Of a stretch of 64,000 bases of DNA, positions 36,300 to 50,472 are shown piece after piece; the first letter of the stretch is position 1, and each line of letters starts with the position of its first letter. The stretch lies in assembly GCF_016432865.1 (NCBI RefSeq), contig NC_067403.1:200322001-200386000 (forward strand), given 5' to 3'. A program made the position numbers and the translations under genes. Source of the DNA: Antechinus flavipes. Lineage: Eukaryota. Below the pieces are notes generated by a model. It was not told where the DNA came from, made no database searches, and worked only from the letters and a program-made list of their open reading frames with translations.

Positions 36300-39200
36300 A
36301 ACATTTCATTTTTTATGATCAAAAATCACTTTTTATGATCACACTTTGCTAATTCCTTCTGTACCCCAGGCTGTACAGGGAAGCAAAGTCTCTGTAGTCA
36401 GAAGACCTGTTCAAATCCTATCTCTGACACTACATTTGTGACCTTGGACAAGTCACTTGATTTTCTTGACCTGTAAAATGAAACAGTTGGAACCTCTGAA
36501 GTCCTTTCCAGCTCTAAATCTGTGATTGACAAAGATAGGTCATCTGGACCAGGGACTTGAGTTCATAAAGGATTTTTTTATTATATTCCTACTTATTCTG
36601 GACATCGATGCCATGTCCACTATTTTTATAATCCAAAGGTTATTCTTGGCAGAGGAAACAAACAAAATCAGAGTAATTCTGTTCTGTCTTCTCACCCTAG
36701 TCTCTTCCTTAATTCTCATCTTTTCCCCAATATATCTAAAAATCAATCCCCTTCCCCCCTCCCACTCTTACTTGTCTTCCTCATCCTTCCCTCATATTGA
36801 ACTTTAGCATTCCTGAAATCTTCTTATCCTAACAACATACTATAACTTTCTATTCATCTACTATTACATATTTTTGATTTCACCTTTTGTATGTCTTTTT
36901 TTTTTAACCTAAATTAGTTGATATATCTTGCAATGGTATCTTTTGACAACTCCTACTTTTCTTCCTTATCGGAGGACATATTAGAGAAGCATTCTATGTA
37001 GTGGGGAAAGGGTTAGTTTGGGAGTCAGATGAGACTGAGTTCAAATCCGCTCTTTGATTGTTTGAGTTCTGTTGCTATGGGTTTAATCATATGTTAAAAA
37101 GAGGATAATAGTTTGATAATATTCATTTGACAGGGTTCTTGCAAAGATCAAATGAAGTAAAATATGAAATCATTTTGCAAATCTTAAAGTTATTATTATT
37201 ATTGGAATTGTTTATCTTTGTGAATTCTAAATTTCATTCCTGAGAATGCTGAGAATTCTTAAGTTGATTTCCCTTATAAAATTTTTAATCCCTGGGATCC
37301 TCCTTATCCTTCTCTGAATGCTTTTGAAATCTGTTCTCCCAGAATCAGATTCATATCAGACTATGCTTGGATTTCCAGCATCACAAATCATAAATTCTAA
37401 GATTTAATCACTTCCCATAATCTTCACCTGTGCAATTAATGTGAGTGAGAATCGGATTCAAGATAGAAGTTACCCTTCTTTATGCTACCATATTTTAAAA
37501 GATGAAGTAATCCACAAGTGAAATTAAGAAATTCTTAGCTTTTCACTTTGTGGCAAAGAAAGACACAGAAGAAACATTGACATAGAAAATGAGAATACCG
37601 TGTAAGTAAATCAAGAATTTATCAGCTGTCTTTCTTTTAAAATGTCTATGGTCTTTATGGAGCAACTAGATGGTGTATTGCATAGAGCACTGGCCCTGAA
37701 GTCTAGAGGACCTGAATTCAAATGCAGCCTTAGACATTTAACACTTCCTAGCTGGTTACCCTGGGCAGGTTACGTAACCCCCCAAAATGTGTATGGAAAG
37801 TGAGGGAGGGGAAGAAGAGAGAGTAGAGATGGGTATGGAGAGAAGGAGGAAGTGAGGGAGGGGAGAAGAGGAGTGGAGAAGAAAGGAGAAGAAAATGAAA
37901 AGAGAGAAAAAAAAGACATGAAAAAGAGACGGCAAAGAGAAGAGAGTTGAAATTTTCCATCAATACTAACTATATTTATCAGCCCTCTATATCTATATCC
38001 TGAACTCCCTCTCTAGTTCCTCTTTCTACCATTTCTCTTCAGTATACATACTAGTATGGAGAGGAATAAACTATAAAGTTCTATCTTTTCAATAGTACAA
38101 AACTTGAGGAGCTGAGGCTTGGTGAAGGAGCAATCTATAATTATGTTTTCTCTGAGATGTTTGTAAAATGCTTAGCACAAATCCTGGCATGTAGTAAGTA
38201 CCTAGTAAATGCCCTTTGCCTCCCTTGTACAACATGTATAGTCATGTTGACTAGAGGGGTCCCCGATGACAGAGGAACCAAGAGAAGAAAAGAGATTTTC
38301 TCAATTATTTATGGGCTCTGGTATGAATCCTTTTTGTTTGCTGTCAGGTCAAATAAAGTTTTAATATCTTGTTATTCCAAGTGATGAGCTGAGGAGTTTC
38401 CTCCTCCTCCCCTGCCTTATTATTTTTTTTTGAGACATATTTGAGCCAAATGGAAAAACCCTATGTAGAGACATGAATACTCAAGACTGGTAACTAAGAA
38501 ATCCTCATACTTGAATTTGCTATTGCAGAGTTCTAGTAATTGGTCACAGATTACAAGTATGCCCTGTACTTTTTCAAATGTTATTTGAAGCAAACAAAAT
38601 TATATACATTCCTACATATATAATAAGAAACAAATTATACATTTTCTCAATCAGCAGGTACTAATAATACAATTATGATCAGATAGGTAGAGCCACAATA
38701 TTTCTGGTATTAAAAGGGGGGGTTTCATATATAATAGGTTTTAGACCATAGATTTGGGGAGCTAGGGACACCTAGTGTGGGAGTGAGGAATTTTCTTTGA
38801 TCCACAAGTCTAATGACTTTTCCCTGATGTTTTATTTCTGAGTCTAGTTATTCTTTCTTCTCATAAATAAACCCTAGGAAGCACACTCATATAACTTAGT
38901 ATGCTGACCAGGGGAAACCATCCATAGAGCATCCAGTGATAAAAGCAGTAACAGAAGGGAATAAAGTAATTAAAGATCAAGGATAGGTGGTCTGAACCTA
39001 TGGAATGGGGATGGGGATGGGTTAAGGGGATTCTGGTCTTTAGATGGGAATTTAGGGATTAAGATTTAGAACAGTGAAGATGAAAGCTCTGAGACTGGGA
39101 GCGTCCTGGAATTGGGGGCTTCACAACTTGCTCCTACATAGCTCATAGTCAAGTAGGGACCAAGATCACAGTAAAGATAAATAACTAGATTGAATCTGAT

Positions 39201-40658
39201 TCGTGCATTTAAGAAATGCTGACAAAGTGCAAGGGTTAGGGAAAGTTTCAGCAAAGGACAAAATCATTTCATGATTGGAGGAGTTTGGGAAGGCTCGGTA
39301 AAGAAGATAGCAACTCAGGTGGACATTAAAAGATAAGTAAGACTTCCTAGAGAAAGATAGAGAAGGGTGTTGTGGGATTAAAGTACAGCTCGTGCAAAGG
39401 TAAAAAGGCTGGAAAACATAAGAGCAGAAGGAAACCCAGTTTTTTGCTTTGTTTTGTTTAAAGTCTAATTTGCTACAGTGGGCTATCTCAGAATATACAA
39501 TTACTGTGCTTAGTTACAATCCAGCTTAATTATGGTTTCTTTCTTGATCACTTAGCTTAATCCCCAAATCAGTATGGTTCTTTCTCAGACCTCCTGATTA
39601 TTGACAAAAGCAAAGTATTTTAACAACTTGAAAAGACTAGATCAATGCAATGGTCAACTGTGATTGGAGAGGAATGGTCCTCCTCACCTCCTCACAGATC
39701 TAGCAGGAAGCACACATTTCTGGACATGGCCCAAAACCCAGAAATTTGTTTTGCTTGACTAAGCATATTTGTTACAAGGGTTTTGTTTTCCTTCTAAATG
39801 GGGTCAGGAGAAAGCGGAAAAGCAGAAAGAAAGCAAATGCTAGTTGATCAAAAAATAGAAATAAAAACAAAAACAAGGTTTGGGGGAGCTGATTTTCCAG
39901 AAACAACCCCTGGAAATCAGGCTAAACAAGAGTGATCCAGTTTGGCAGATCGAAAAACCAACATGTTAATGATAATAATGTGAGTTCATCCAGGAAAAAA
40001 TGTTGATTGGAACCTGAATAAGGAGGCTTCATAGTATTTCCTGCCTTCCAGCCTGGAGAACTGAGTTTAAATCCTTCCTGTCACTTAGAATTGCGTGGCC
40101 TTAGGCAAGTAATTACTTAACCTCTCATTCTCCAGTTCCTCTTCCGTAAAATGGGGATGATAATAGCTCTTACCTACAGGGTTGTGGATAGGATCAAAAG
40201 ATTTGTTTTTAACCATGTACAGACTTTGTAAACCCTTAAGGCTTGTATAAATGTTAACTTTGACTATTATTTAGGGAGCAAATGGAGTCACTGAAGATTT
40301 TAAAGTAGGAGAGTGAAGTAACCAGATCTGTGCAGAAAGATGGATGGAATGAATGCATGAGAAGGCTGCAGGGTCTTGGGGCTTGGTAAATCAATAAAAC
40401 TGGAACCCCCTCCCCCCACCGGCAGGAGACTCTTCTGTGTCTGTCTTAGCTTCCTCCTAAGCTCTGAGCTCCATGAGAGCAGGGATGTGCGTCTCATCTA
40501 CGAATGTTCCCCTACTCTTGCTCAGGGCCCGGTCCACAACAGGTACTTAAAGCTTAAATGAATGCAAAATGAGTAAGTGAGAGAATGAAGGAGGGCGATG
40601 AGACTAGTTGGGAAGGCTCGAGTCACAGTCACTGACACGGTGATGGTGACATGAAGGC

Positions 40659-40664
40659 TTTAAT
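40659..40664 (-). terminator. Probable CPXM1 polyadenylation signal ATTAAA
   Basis: ATTAAA on the - strand 28 nt after the stop, implying a very short 3'UTR. Confidence 0.55.
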
Positions 40665-40692
40665 CCAGGTCCTGCCTGTAAGAGCCCCCGGG

Positions 40693-40955
40693 TTAGCGTC
40701 CCGCGCCACCTGCCCGCACCCCACGGCCCCGCAGGCGGTCCAGCCGCCGTCTTAGGTCAGGGGGCACCTTGGCACCTGCCGCCAGGAGCTCTCGCAGACG
40801 CTGCTTGGGCGTCTTGCTGAGACGGAAGTGGCAGGGAGTGGGACCTTCCTCGAAAGAGACTCGACAGCCCTTGGTGGCCGAGTGGTACCCCTCCGCGCTG
40901 GCTGTCACCATGTAATCACCGGGAGTCAGCATCCGCCAGTAGTCCCCGCCTGGGG
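40693..40955 (-). CDS. CPXM1: CPXM1 exon 14 (APGGDYWRMLTPGDY...KVPPDLRRRLDRLRGRGVRAGGAGR*)
   Basis: CAG acceptor and stop TAA at 40693-40695. The 14 exons sum to 2463 nt = 820 aa + stop with no frame break. Confidence 0.96.
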
Positions 40956-41656
40956 CTGGGGAGAGGGACACAGACATATAAGATTCTAGAGCTGGAATAG
41001 AGTTAATGACTGCCAGAACTGAACCTGTCCCCCAGAAATCTGTGACCCCCCCATACATACCCAGAATCCTACTTGCCCTCCTGAGTCTTGCAAAGATCTT
41101 CCAAATCTAGGACCCAAGTGGGCCCTCCTGGAGATCCCACTGAGCTAGCCCCAGCTGCCCTCGTCAAATTCTAAAAGCCCACTTTCAGACTTTGAAATTC
41201 CTCCAGTGAAGGGGAACACTCTCCCTATTCTGGGACCCTTCCAATAATTGGTGAAGGACTTTCCTTCTAAACTTTAGGGTCTTCCTCAACCACTGAGCAC
41301 TCAGGCCTCCCCAAATCTTAATAATTCCTTCAAGTCCAAAACTTAATTCATAGTCTAGAATTCCTGATCACTCCTGGGTGTCTCTCCACGCCCCCCCCCA
41401 TTAGTCTCCCACATTTTTCTAGTTCCATCTGCCCTCCCACATTCCATACAATTCTACTCCAAACTGAAGTTTCCCAATCTTCCCAAGATCCCTTTATTCC
41501 CTGGAAACCTCCATTTCAGATATTTCCCTTCTTCAAACCTCAGGACTTCTCCTTACTCCCCAAGATCCCCACAATTTCAAGGATGAAAGGTTCTTTTTGG
41601 CTATATTGGGTTGGGGCAGAAGGAGGCTCCTAGTCTGTCTACCCATGGTGACCTAC

Positions 41657-41759
41657 CTGTGGTGACATCATGGTTGATGCCGTCCACTGCAATGACAGCA
41701 TCTGGGATGCCTTGCTCTGTGTCTTTATCTAACACAAGCCCTGAAATGCCCATTCGCAC
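41657..41759 (-). CDS. CPXM1: CPXM1 exon 13 (VRMGISGLVLDKDTEQGIPDAVIAVDGINHDVTT)
   Basis: Canonical AG/GT, 103 nt, transthyretin-like domain. Confidence 0.96.
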
Positions 41760-41949
41760 CTGGGGTAGATACAGACAGAAGAAAGGACTTGGATCCCACC
41801 ACCTCTGTGCCCTCTTTTAATCTTCAATAGGGAGGGGAATGAGGGATCACGATTGCCTCAAGCCCAAGCCCCTCTGTGGTGGGTAGGGATCAGAGATGGT
41901 GACTGGGTAGGACCAATCTCTGCTCATAAGTAGGGTCAGAGATTAGTCA

Positions 41950-42111
<162 letters not shown>

Positions 42112-42165
42112 TTACTCTGGGAGCTTCACGATCCAGAGGGACAATAATACCAGGGATAAAGATAT

Positions 42166-42999
42166 CATGGACAGGTGGGTTAGGGACAGGGGACAGTTAC
42201 GCTGTAGACAAGTGGGTTAGAGACAGGACACAGTTACACCATGGACAGGTGGGTTAGGGACAGGGGACAATTATGCCGTGGACAGGTGGGTTAGGGATGG
42301 GGGACGTTATACCGTGGACAGGTTAAAGACAGAACACAGTTATACCATGGACAGGTTAGAGATAGGACCCAGTTACACCATGGACAGGTGGGTTAGAGAC
42401 AGGACACAATTATACCGTGGACAGGTGGGTTAGGGACGGGGGACAGTTATACCGTGGACAGGCTAGAGACAGAACACAGTTATACCATGGACAGGTTAGA
42501 GATAGGACCCAGTTACACCATGGACAGGTGGGTTAGAGACAGGACACAGTTATACGGTGGACAGGGGTTAAAGACAGGACACAGTTACACCGTGGACAGG
42601 TGGGTTAGAGACAGGACACAGTTATACGGTGGACAGGTGGGTTAGAGACAGGACACAGTTACACCGTGGACAGGTGGGTTAGGGACAGGACACAGTTATA
42701 AGGTGGACAGGTGGGTTAGAGACAGGACACAGTTATACGGTGGACAGGTGGGTTAGAGACAGGACACAGTTACACTGTGGACAGGTGGGTTAGGGACAGG
42801 ACACAGTTATAAGGTGGACAGGTGGGTTAGAGACAGGACACAGTTATACGGTGGACAGATGGGTTAGAGACAGGACACAGTTATACCGTGGACAGGTGGG
42901 TTAGAGACAGGACACAGTTATACGGTGGACAGGTGGGTTAGAGACAGGACACAGTTACACCGTGGACAGGTGGGTTAGAGACAGGACACAGTTACACCA
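42166..42999. repeat. Minisatellite in CPXM1 intron 11, unit about 37 bp (33-37), over 20 copies
   Basis: 'gtggacaggtgggttagagacaggacacagttata(c)' tandemly repeated, with more degenerate copies at the left end. Confidence 0.97.
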
Positions 43000-43177
43000 A
43001 TCAGTTACACAGGGGAGAGGGCTTCAGAGGACAAGCACAGGTACACTTTAGGGAAAGGCTCCTCAGAGAGGAGGTGGAGGTGTACAACATTCTGGGGGAA
43101 GGCCCACGATTATAGAGCCCTGGTTTGCACACTCCTTGGGATATGGAGGTGTCTGGGGGAGAGGGGGGCTCACGCAC

Positions 43178-43475
43178 TCCCAACGACTGAGTGCCATTCC
43201 GCGCCGTTGATGACGTGGCCATGGTGTGAGAAATCCTCGCTGTGGCAGGGTCGGCGCCCCGGGTCGTTCATGGCTCGGCTGGTCCCTGCATAGACAGTGC
43301 TGAGCCAGCGGAACACGGGCTCATCAGGTGTGGGGGTGAGCTCACTGGCCTCCCAGGGTGTCCGAGTCATATCAAAGGGATAGGATACCACCAGCTCCCC
43401 GCCATGCAGGTTAGCACTCAGCACAAACGGAATCCTCTGCATCCAGTCAATCACAGCCCGAGTCTCTGGGGCCAC
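43178..43475 (-). CDS. CPXM1: CPXM1 exon 11 (VAPETRAVIDW...SANLHGGELVVSYPFD...NGAEWHSVVG)
   Basis: AG acceptor and phase-1 donor A|GTGCGT, 298 nt. Confidence 0.95.
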
Positions 43476-43642
43476 CTGGGGATGCCGGGAGAGCAAAGTG
43501 AGAGAGACACGGCTCGGAAGCTTTGGGGTGGTTGCTGGAGCGTTTCTGGGTCACTTTTGAACATCTTTCAGTGGTTATTGGGGGGTGTTCCTGCCTATTT
43601 CTGAGTTGTTTCTCAGTACCCAGTGGCGTAACTATCACTTAC

Positions 43643-43822
43643 TGTGGCATTAGGCATTACGTAATAAGCTGGCAGTGGCAGGTGGTGATTGGGGAACTTA
43701 TGGGGTACCAGTCCCTCGTCCTCAGCTTCCCAGAAAGGTGTGTTGAGGTCAGCAAAGTTGTGGTTCAGGTCAATGTACTGTCGAGTCCATCGTCCTTCGG
43801 CCCACCCAACCAGTTCTGAGCC
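43643..43822 (-). CDS. CPXM1: CPXM1 exon 10 (GSELVGWAEGRW...DLNHNFADLN...PNAT)
   Basis: Canonical AG/GT, 180 nt. Confidence 0.97.
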
Positions 43823-44306
43823 CTGCGAGATAAAACAGAACACTCAAAAAACCTTGGAGACTCACAGACTCACGGGGCTGAGGCTGGTGCTCTGGGCTTA
43901 GACATGACAGTCAAGCCATAGACATGGTCACTGATAATCAGGAGTCAGGAATTAGGGGGAAGACTCTGGTAATTGGGTGCCCTGTAGAGAATAATAGGGA
44001 GACTACCTGCCATCTAGGGAAGGGAGTGTGGGAAGGAGGGATAATTTGGAACAAAAAGTTTTGCAAGGATCATTGTTGAAAAAATTACCCATGCATATGT
44101 TTTGTAAATAAAAAGCTTTAATTTTAAAAAAAGAGACAATAATAGAGGGCAGGGAACTAGGGGATCATTCCTGATTGCATAGTCATCAGGGCTTAGGGAT
44201 GAGACTGGAATCTAGTAGGTAGGGCTCATGGATTATACATGGACATAGGATAACTTGAAGATGCTAGTGCACTTGAAGGTGAGCCTCATTTCAAAGTCGA
44301 GAGTCA

Positions 44307-44624
<318 letters not shown>

Positions 44625-45349
44625 TCACAGCGCTAACTTCTCAATTCATACTTGCCTCAGGTGACGCTCAGGGAGAGATAGGATACAGAGCTCTCCCATT
44701 CACCTCTGACTTCCCCTGGAGAACCCAGACTCACCCACCCCTCTTAATGTTTCATTTCTGGTATGATCTAATGTCTCCATCAAACTGCTTTTTATACACA
44801 TATCCCATGACCCATTACCATTCCCTCAATCCCTTCCATCCCTCTTCTTCCCTTTGCCCAAGTCTTTCCTTTGACCCAGCTTTTCTGATCCTGATTTTAG
44901 CACTCTTCTTTTCTCTCTGATCCCCTCCCTACTCATTTCCAAGATCAATTAGAAGCTGACTCATTGCCAACTCAGTTTTCTGTCCCATAGTTCTTGAGCA
45001 ATCCATACTTAAGGGTGGGATTGTAGAAAAGGCTGTTTTCTGGAAATCATATGATTAAAGAATTTGAACTAAAGGGACAAGGGAATTCATCTAGTCATCT
45101 GGAATCCTACAACTTGTTTTTTGAAGAAAAAAAAAAGATAGACAGACAGATAGATAGATAGATAATAGATGATAGATAGATGAATTGCAGCACAATTGAT
45201 TTCCTTTGTAATTTATCTTTTATATGCATTTTAAAAGATTATTCTGAGAAGAGGTGCATAGCTTTCCCAGACTGCCAAAGGGAACCATGACATGAAAAAG
45301 ATTGAGAATACCTGGTCTAGCCCACCACTCTCATTTTTTAGAGGAATCT

Positions 45350-45423
<74 letters not shown>
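45350..45423. repeat. (AG)n microsatellite, with a (GATA)n tract at about 45138-45181
   Basis: Direct reading. Confidence 0.97.
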
Positions 45424-45427
<4 letters not shown>

Positions 45428-45790
45428 ATCGAGTTGCTCACATGAGTAGTAACAAAACTAGGCTTCACACTTGAATTCACTGACTCCAAATCTGGAATTC
45501 TTCACACCCCTGTTTCAGGTGTTTGAATTCTGTCTTAGTCAATTCTTCCCCTCAGGGTCTCAGTTTTCTCCTCTATAAAATGGATACAATAATCCATTCT
45601 CTGCCTATTTTGGGGGGTTGTTATAAGGACTGTACCAAATGCAAAATGCAGACTGGTCACTATCCTAGCAGGTACAAAGACTGGAGGCAAAACATACCTA
45701 TTTTCCAGGTTATCTAAAAGAGTGTTTTAATGAAGCAGAAGAAATAATGACCAGAATACTAACCTCACATTATTGTGAAGTACAAATAAG

Positions 45791-45961
45791 TTTTTTTTTG
45801 TTTTATTTTATTTTATTTTATTTTTGCTGAGGCAATTGGGGTTAAGTGACTTGCCCAGGGTCACACAGCTAGGAAGTCTTAAGTGTCTGAGGTCAGATTT
45901 GAACTCAGGTCCTCCTGACTTCAGGGCTGGTCCTCTATCCACTGCGCCACCTAGCTGCCCC
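45791..45961 (-). mobile_element. WSINE1-like tRNA-derived SINE with TSD, in CPXM1 intron 8
   Basis: Reverse complement reads GGGGCAGCTAGGTGGCGCAGTGGATAGAGG...GAGTTCAAATC...AACCCCAATTGCCTCAGC + A tail. TSD gaag(t/c)acaaataag at 45777-45790 and 45962-45975. Confidence 0.9.
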
Positions 45962-46059
45962 GAAGCACAAATAAGTTAATAAATGTAAGGTGCTTTGCAA
46001 AATTTAAAGCCCTTTGTAAATGCCAGTTATTTTTTTTAAGGGAAATTAAACTGCTACAT

Positions 46060-46540
46060 TATCATGGCCAGACATACCCAACACAAATAGATTTAAACAA
46101 AGCAGTTGACAAAGGCTCAAATGCTATCTTTGTGCAATAAATAGAGGGATGTGGGCTGGTAGAATTTGGTGAGTGGTAAATGATTGAATCAAAGTGTAAT
46201 CATTTGTAGGTTGATGTTGACTTGGAGGGAGGTCTCTAGAAGAATGCCATGGGGAATAGTTTAAACTCTTTATCAATGATCAATTATGAAGACATAAATG
46301 GCATAATTTTCAGATTTGGAGATAACACAGAGCTGGGAGTAGTGATTCCAAAAGAGCTTGATAGACTAGAATGATGGACTAGGTCTGACAAGACTACATT
46401 TAATAGAGATCAATGTAAAGTTCTATATTTGGGTTCAAATAATCAACTTCAAAAGGATAGAGGAGATTTTTATATACAAAAGATGTTAGTATTTTAATAG
46501 ATTACAAGCCTAAAATGAGCCAGCAGAATGATGTGGAAGG
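46060..46540 (+). mobile_element. Degenerate CR1/L3 reverse-transcriptase fragment
   Basis: Remnant of the CR1 pattern F(A)DDTKLG..LDRLE.W...FNRD.CKVL.LG (cagatttggagataacacagagctggg...tttaatagagatcaatgtaaagttc). Similar relics occur near 13350-13870 and 33960-34270. Confidence 0.65.
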
Positions 46541-46715
46541 CAAAAAACCCTGAGAGATAGGATTGGGGGCAAAGATATGACAGTAGAACTAGAGGAGTGG
46601 AACTAGAAACAATGGAGCAAGCTCACAGAGAAGTTTAGATTTGAAGTAAGATTAGTGCTCTCTAAAAATGTCCCCATTGGAGATTTTTCATCCTAATTTC
46701 CATTGACATGTTTTA

Positions 46716-47009
<294 letters not shown>

Positions 47010-47031
47010 TCAGGGTACAGGGGAATCTGAC

Positions 47032-47120
47032 CTGTCTCATAGCCTTGTAGTTGTGATGGCGGAAGTCCAGAGGGTCTGAGGATCCAAGCTGAGGTTCTCG
47101 AGGGAAGAGCCCATTGGGGT
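47032..47120 (-). CDS. CPXM1: CPXM1 exon 7 (DPNGLFP...LDFRHHNYKAMRQ)
   Basis: Canonical AG/GT, 89 nt. Confidence 0.95.
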
Positions 47121-47319
47121 CTGGGTAAGAAGGGAAGAAAGACTTTGTTACCAATACCCTACCTGGTTTTCCCCCACAGTTAATCCCAGTGACCTCTAGG
47201 ACTTGTTGTTCTGGCCCTAAACCCCCCCCCCCAGCCACAACTTTCCCCTTCTTCTCTACTCCCAACCACTGCCTCCTGGAACTCCCATCCTGCTTCATGT
47301 TCTCTCCCCGGGTCTTCAC

Positions 47320-47470
47320 CTGGGAGCAGACAGGCTAGCACCTCAAGGCGGAGGCAGGCTGCACCCCCATCTAGCCAGGTCTGGGGTAGTAGCCTTATGT
47401 ATCTGGCCACCTGAGGCTGAGAGAACAGTGCCAGCACTGATGTGTCAGGGTCCGAATTCCCAGGGAACAC
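47320..47470 (-). CDS. CPXM1: CPXM1 exon 6 (VFPGNSDPDT...YIRLLPQTWLDGGAACLRLEVLAC)
   Basis: Canonical AG/GT, 151 nt, end of the discoidin domain. Confidence 0.96.
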
Positions 47471-47940
47471 CTGAGGAGGAGAGAAGTCATAATCCATTCC
47501 CAGGGAACTCCCACTTTGGAGCCCACGGTACCAAAATAGCACCCTGTCCAATGCTACCCACACCCAAAAGAGGGTGGGACCTCAACAATGATCTCTGCAT
47601 CCGTTTCTGCCTTCCCATCTCCCTGTCTCCCTTTAAGTCTTTATATGGGTTTTTAATCTCACCATCTTCCTGAGCCTATCTTACCATCTCCTTCTGTCGA
47701 TCTCTGTCTGTACCTCCTGTTCTATCTGACTATCTCTCTATCTCCCCATGTCTCTCTTCCACATGTATCTCGGCAGGCACAGAGCAGGATCTGTCTGACA
47801 CACATGAAGGACAGCTCTATTCTAAAGGAATTAGAGAGTTGAAGTCACTGAGGCTCGAGTTGTGGGATGCGATAGTCTGATCTGCCCACAGCCCACCCTC
47901 CCATGCCCTTCCCCTGCTCATCCCTCCCACCCCCATTCAC

Positions 47941-48031
47941 CTCATCCAGTCCACTGCTTCGATTCTTAGTCCCCCACCAGGTGAGAGTGTCGTTGCTGAA
48001 TTGGACCTTGTAGGAAGTGACCCAGTCATAC
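47941..48031 (-). CDS. CPXM1: CPXM1 exon 5 (YDWVTSYKVQFSNDTLTWW...)
   Basis: Canonical AG/GT, 91 nt. Confidence 0.96.
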
Positions 48032-48451
48032 CTTCAGCAGAGAAAAGGAGAAGAAATCCTGAGGCTGGAGGGAGGAGCCTCTCTTTCCCCCTCTTGCACC
48101 TAGTGCCTCATCTCAGTATCCTATGATGCTGTGCCCCACCTATAGCCATTCCTAGAATGTCAGCCTCTAGAGATCATTGAATATAGTTTCCCCATTTTAC
48201 AGCTGGAGAAAATGAGCCCCAAAGAGAGCCCAAGACACACATTTGGGACATAATCAGGGGAAGAATCAATGTGTCCTGATATCCAGGTTCAACTTGTTGT
48301 AGATCCTAACCTTAAGACCCAGGATCCCAAAAATCCTTTTATGGTCTGTGTCCAGGGCAAAGATTCCAATGGATGTTCCAACCCGAGTCCTGCTTTCCCA
48401 GTCCCTCTCTCTCTCCAATTCACTCTAATTCAACCCAGACTGTCTTTGCAC

Positions 48452-48591
48452 CTCCAGATGGAATTCCTGCCCTGGGTGATGACACCGGTGAAGCGAGCTG
48501 TGCGACCAGCATCCACTTGTAGCCAAGGCCGATCATCCTCCGGCTCTGGGCACCAGGCCCCATCAAATAGATCCCCATCCTCTAAACCTGA
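48452..48591 (-). CDS. CPXM1: CPXM1 exon 4 (SGLEDGDLFDGAWC...VITQGRNSIW)
   Basis: Canonical AG/GT, 140 nt, discoidin domain. Confidence 0.97.
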
Positions 48592-48759
48592 CTGCAGGAC
48601 AGACATCAAGAGAAAAAGAAGGTATGGGGAGGAGGAAACATAGTATGGGATGGAGGAGTTTTCTTTCAGGGAGAAGGTATCTGAGAGAATATTTGCTATG
48701 ATTTTTCTTTTCTTTCTTTTTTCTAAGAAGTTCTCTCTGTGTCTTTGCAGAAAGGTTTA

Positions 48760-49056
<297 letters not shown>

Positions 49057-49175
49057 TTAATGTACATGTTGTATCAAACTGTGTTTCCAAACACATCTGT
49101 AATTACATGTATGTATCAGTGTATCTGTGACCAGATGTTTCCATGTTACTTGAATGTCCCTCAGTTGGGAGCTAC

Positions 49176-49304
49176 CTGGCTCTGGATCCTGAGTGATCTC
49201 TTGGTTTTCTGGGCTAGGCTGAGTTGGAACCAACTTCTTCTTCTTCTTGATCACAACTTTTTTCTTTTTAACAACACGGACCTTGACTCGAAGCTTTGGT
49301 TTTG
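49176..49304 (-). CDS. CPXM1: CPXM1 exon 2 (basic: KPKLRVKVRVVKKKKVVIKKKKKL)
   Basis: CAG acceptor. The basic peptide is characteristic of CPXM1 exon 2. The only phase-compatible donor is the weak G|GTAGCT. Confidence 0.85.
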
Positions 49305-50472
49305 CTGAAGGAGGAAGGGCAGGAAGGTTGGAAGAGATCCAAGCAGGGAAAAAGCTGAACTAGATCCCTGGAGACAGACATTCCTCATTCATGATCTTGG
49401 TGGGAGGTTGGAGGGGGGGAGGCAGAGGAAGAGACAATGTATGATATTGTATCTTCCCTTTCCCCCCTCACACACAGCTTCAACTTACCAAAAATTTGTT
49501 GATTCTGCTTCAATTACTTTTCTCATTTTTATTCCTTTCTTCCTCTCATCCACTCTTTTTTCTACCTACCCTTCTTTTCCTGTTTTCTCTATCTCCCTTG
49601 TCTCTATTGGTTCCACAATTTTTATGTCTTTGTCTTGTCTATCTCTCATTTTGTCTCTACCTCTTTCCTTCTCCTTCCTTTCCTCCTCATCCTCCTCTTT
49701 GTTCTCTCTCTTTTTCTTTCTTTTCTCCCACCTCTCTCTCTCTCTTCCTCTCCTTCTCCCTTCTCTCCTTCCTCCTCTTTCTTCCTCCCTCCTCCTATTT
49801 TTCTCTGTCTCTGTTTTCCTGTTTCTGCTTCTCTCTTCTCTCTCTCCTAATCTTTCATTTCTCTCCCCCTTTCTTTATTTCTCTCATTCTCTTCATGGTT
49901 AGATTTCCACCTGAATTTCATGTTTTTCTCCCTTTATCTCTTTCCCCTTCTGTCTCTGTTTCTCCATGCCTTCCATTCTGATTAAATTTCATCTCCTGCA
50001 CATCTCTGAACAGCCTTAGGTCTCCTCTCTTTATAGAGCTTTTCAAGTCTGGGATCGCTGGAGGGACAGAGGAACCAGGTTCAGACAGAGTTTCCAATGC
50101 CCAGAAGGTGGGAGTGTGAATAAGCAAGTATGTGTATGTTGGAGTCAGTGAGTGTGTGTGTGTGTGTGTGTGAGGGGGGGGGTGCGTGGTTTGTATGCTG
50201 TGTGTGTGTGTGTTTTTAAGAGTTGGAGGAGGGATTATGGAAGGTTTTGAGTGAATGTAGGGGGAAGGGGCTGAGAAATATGTGTCTTGGAAGGAGAAGG
50301 GGAGTGGAAAGAGAACGGGCTGAGGCACAGAAGTCTTGATTCCTACGAAGGTTCCTGGAGGTACCAACTGGACTCAGACTCGGACCTTGAGACAATTCAA
50401 TTCAATTCAACAAAGATTTCTAGAACTGACCTGACTAGAAAAAAACCGACCTGAGAAGGAGGAGAGTCTCAC

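Noticed and set aside
42166-42999. Repeat array of about 37 bp superficially resembling a CRISPR array
   Set aside because: Units are directly adjacent with no unique spacers, there are no cas genes, and the context is a vertebrate intron. It is a minisatellite.
49408-49981. Leu/Ser/Phe-rich ORFs that look hydrophobic
   Set aside because: They translate a polypyrimidine (CT-rich) intronic tract.
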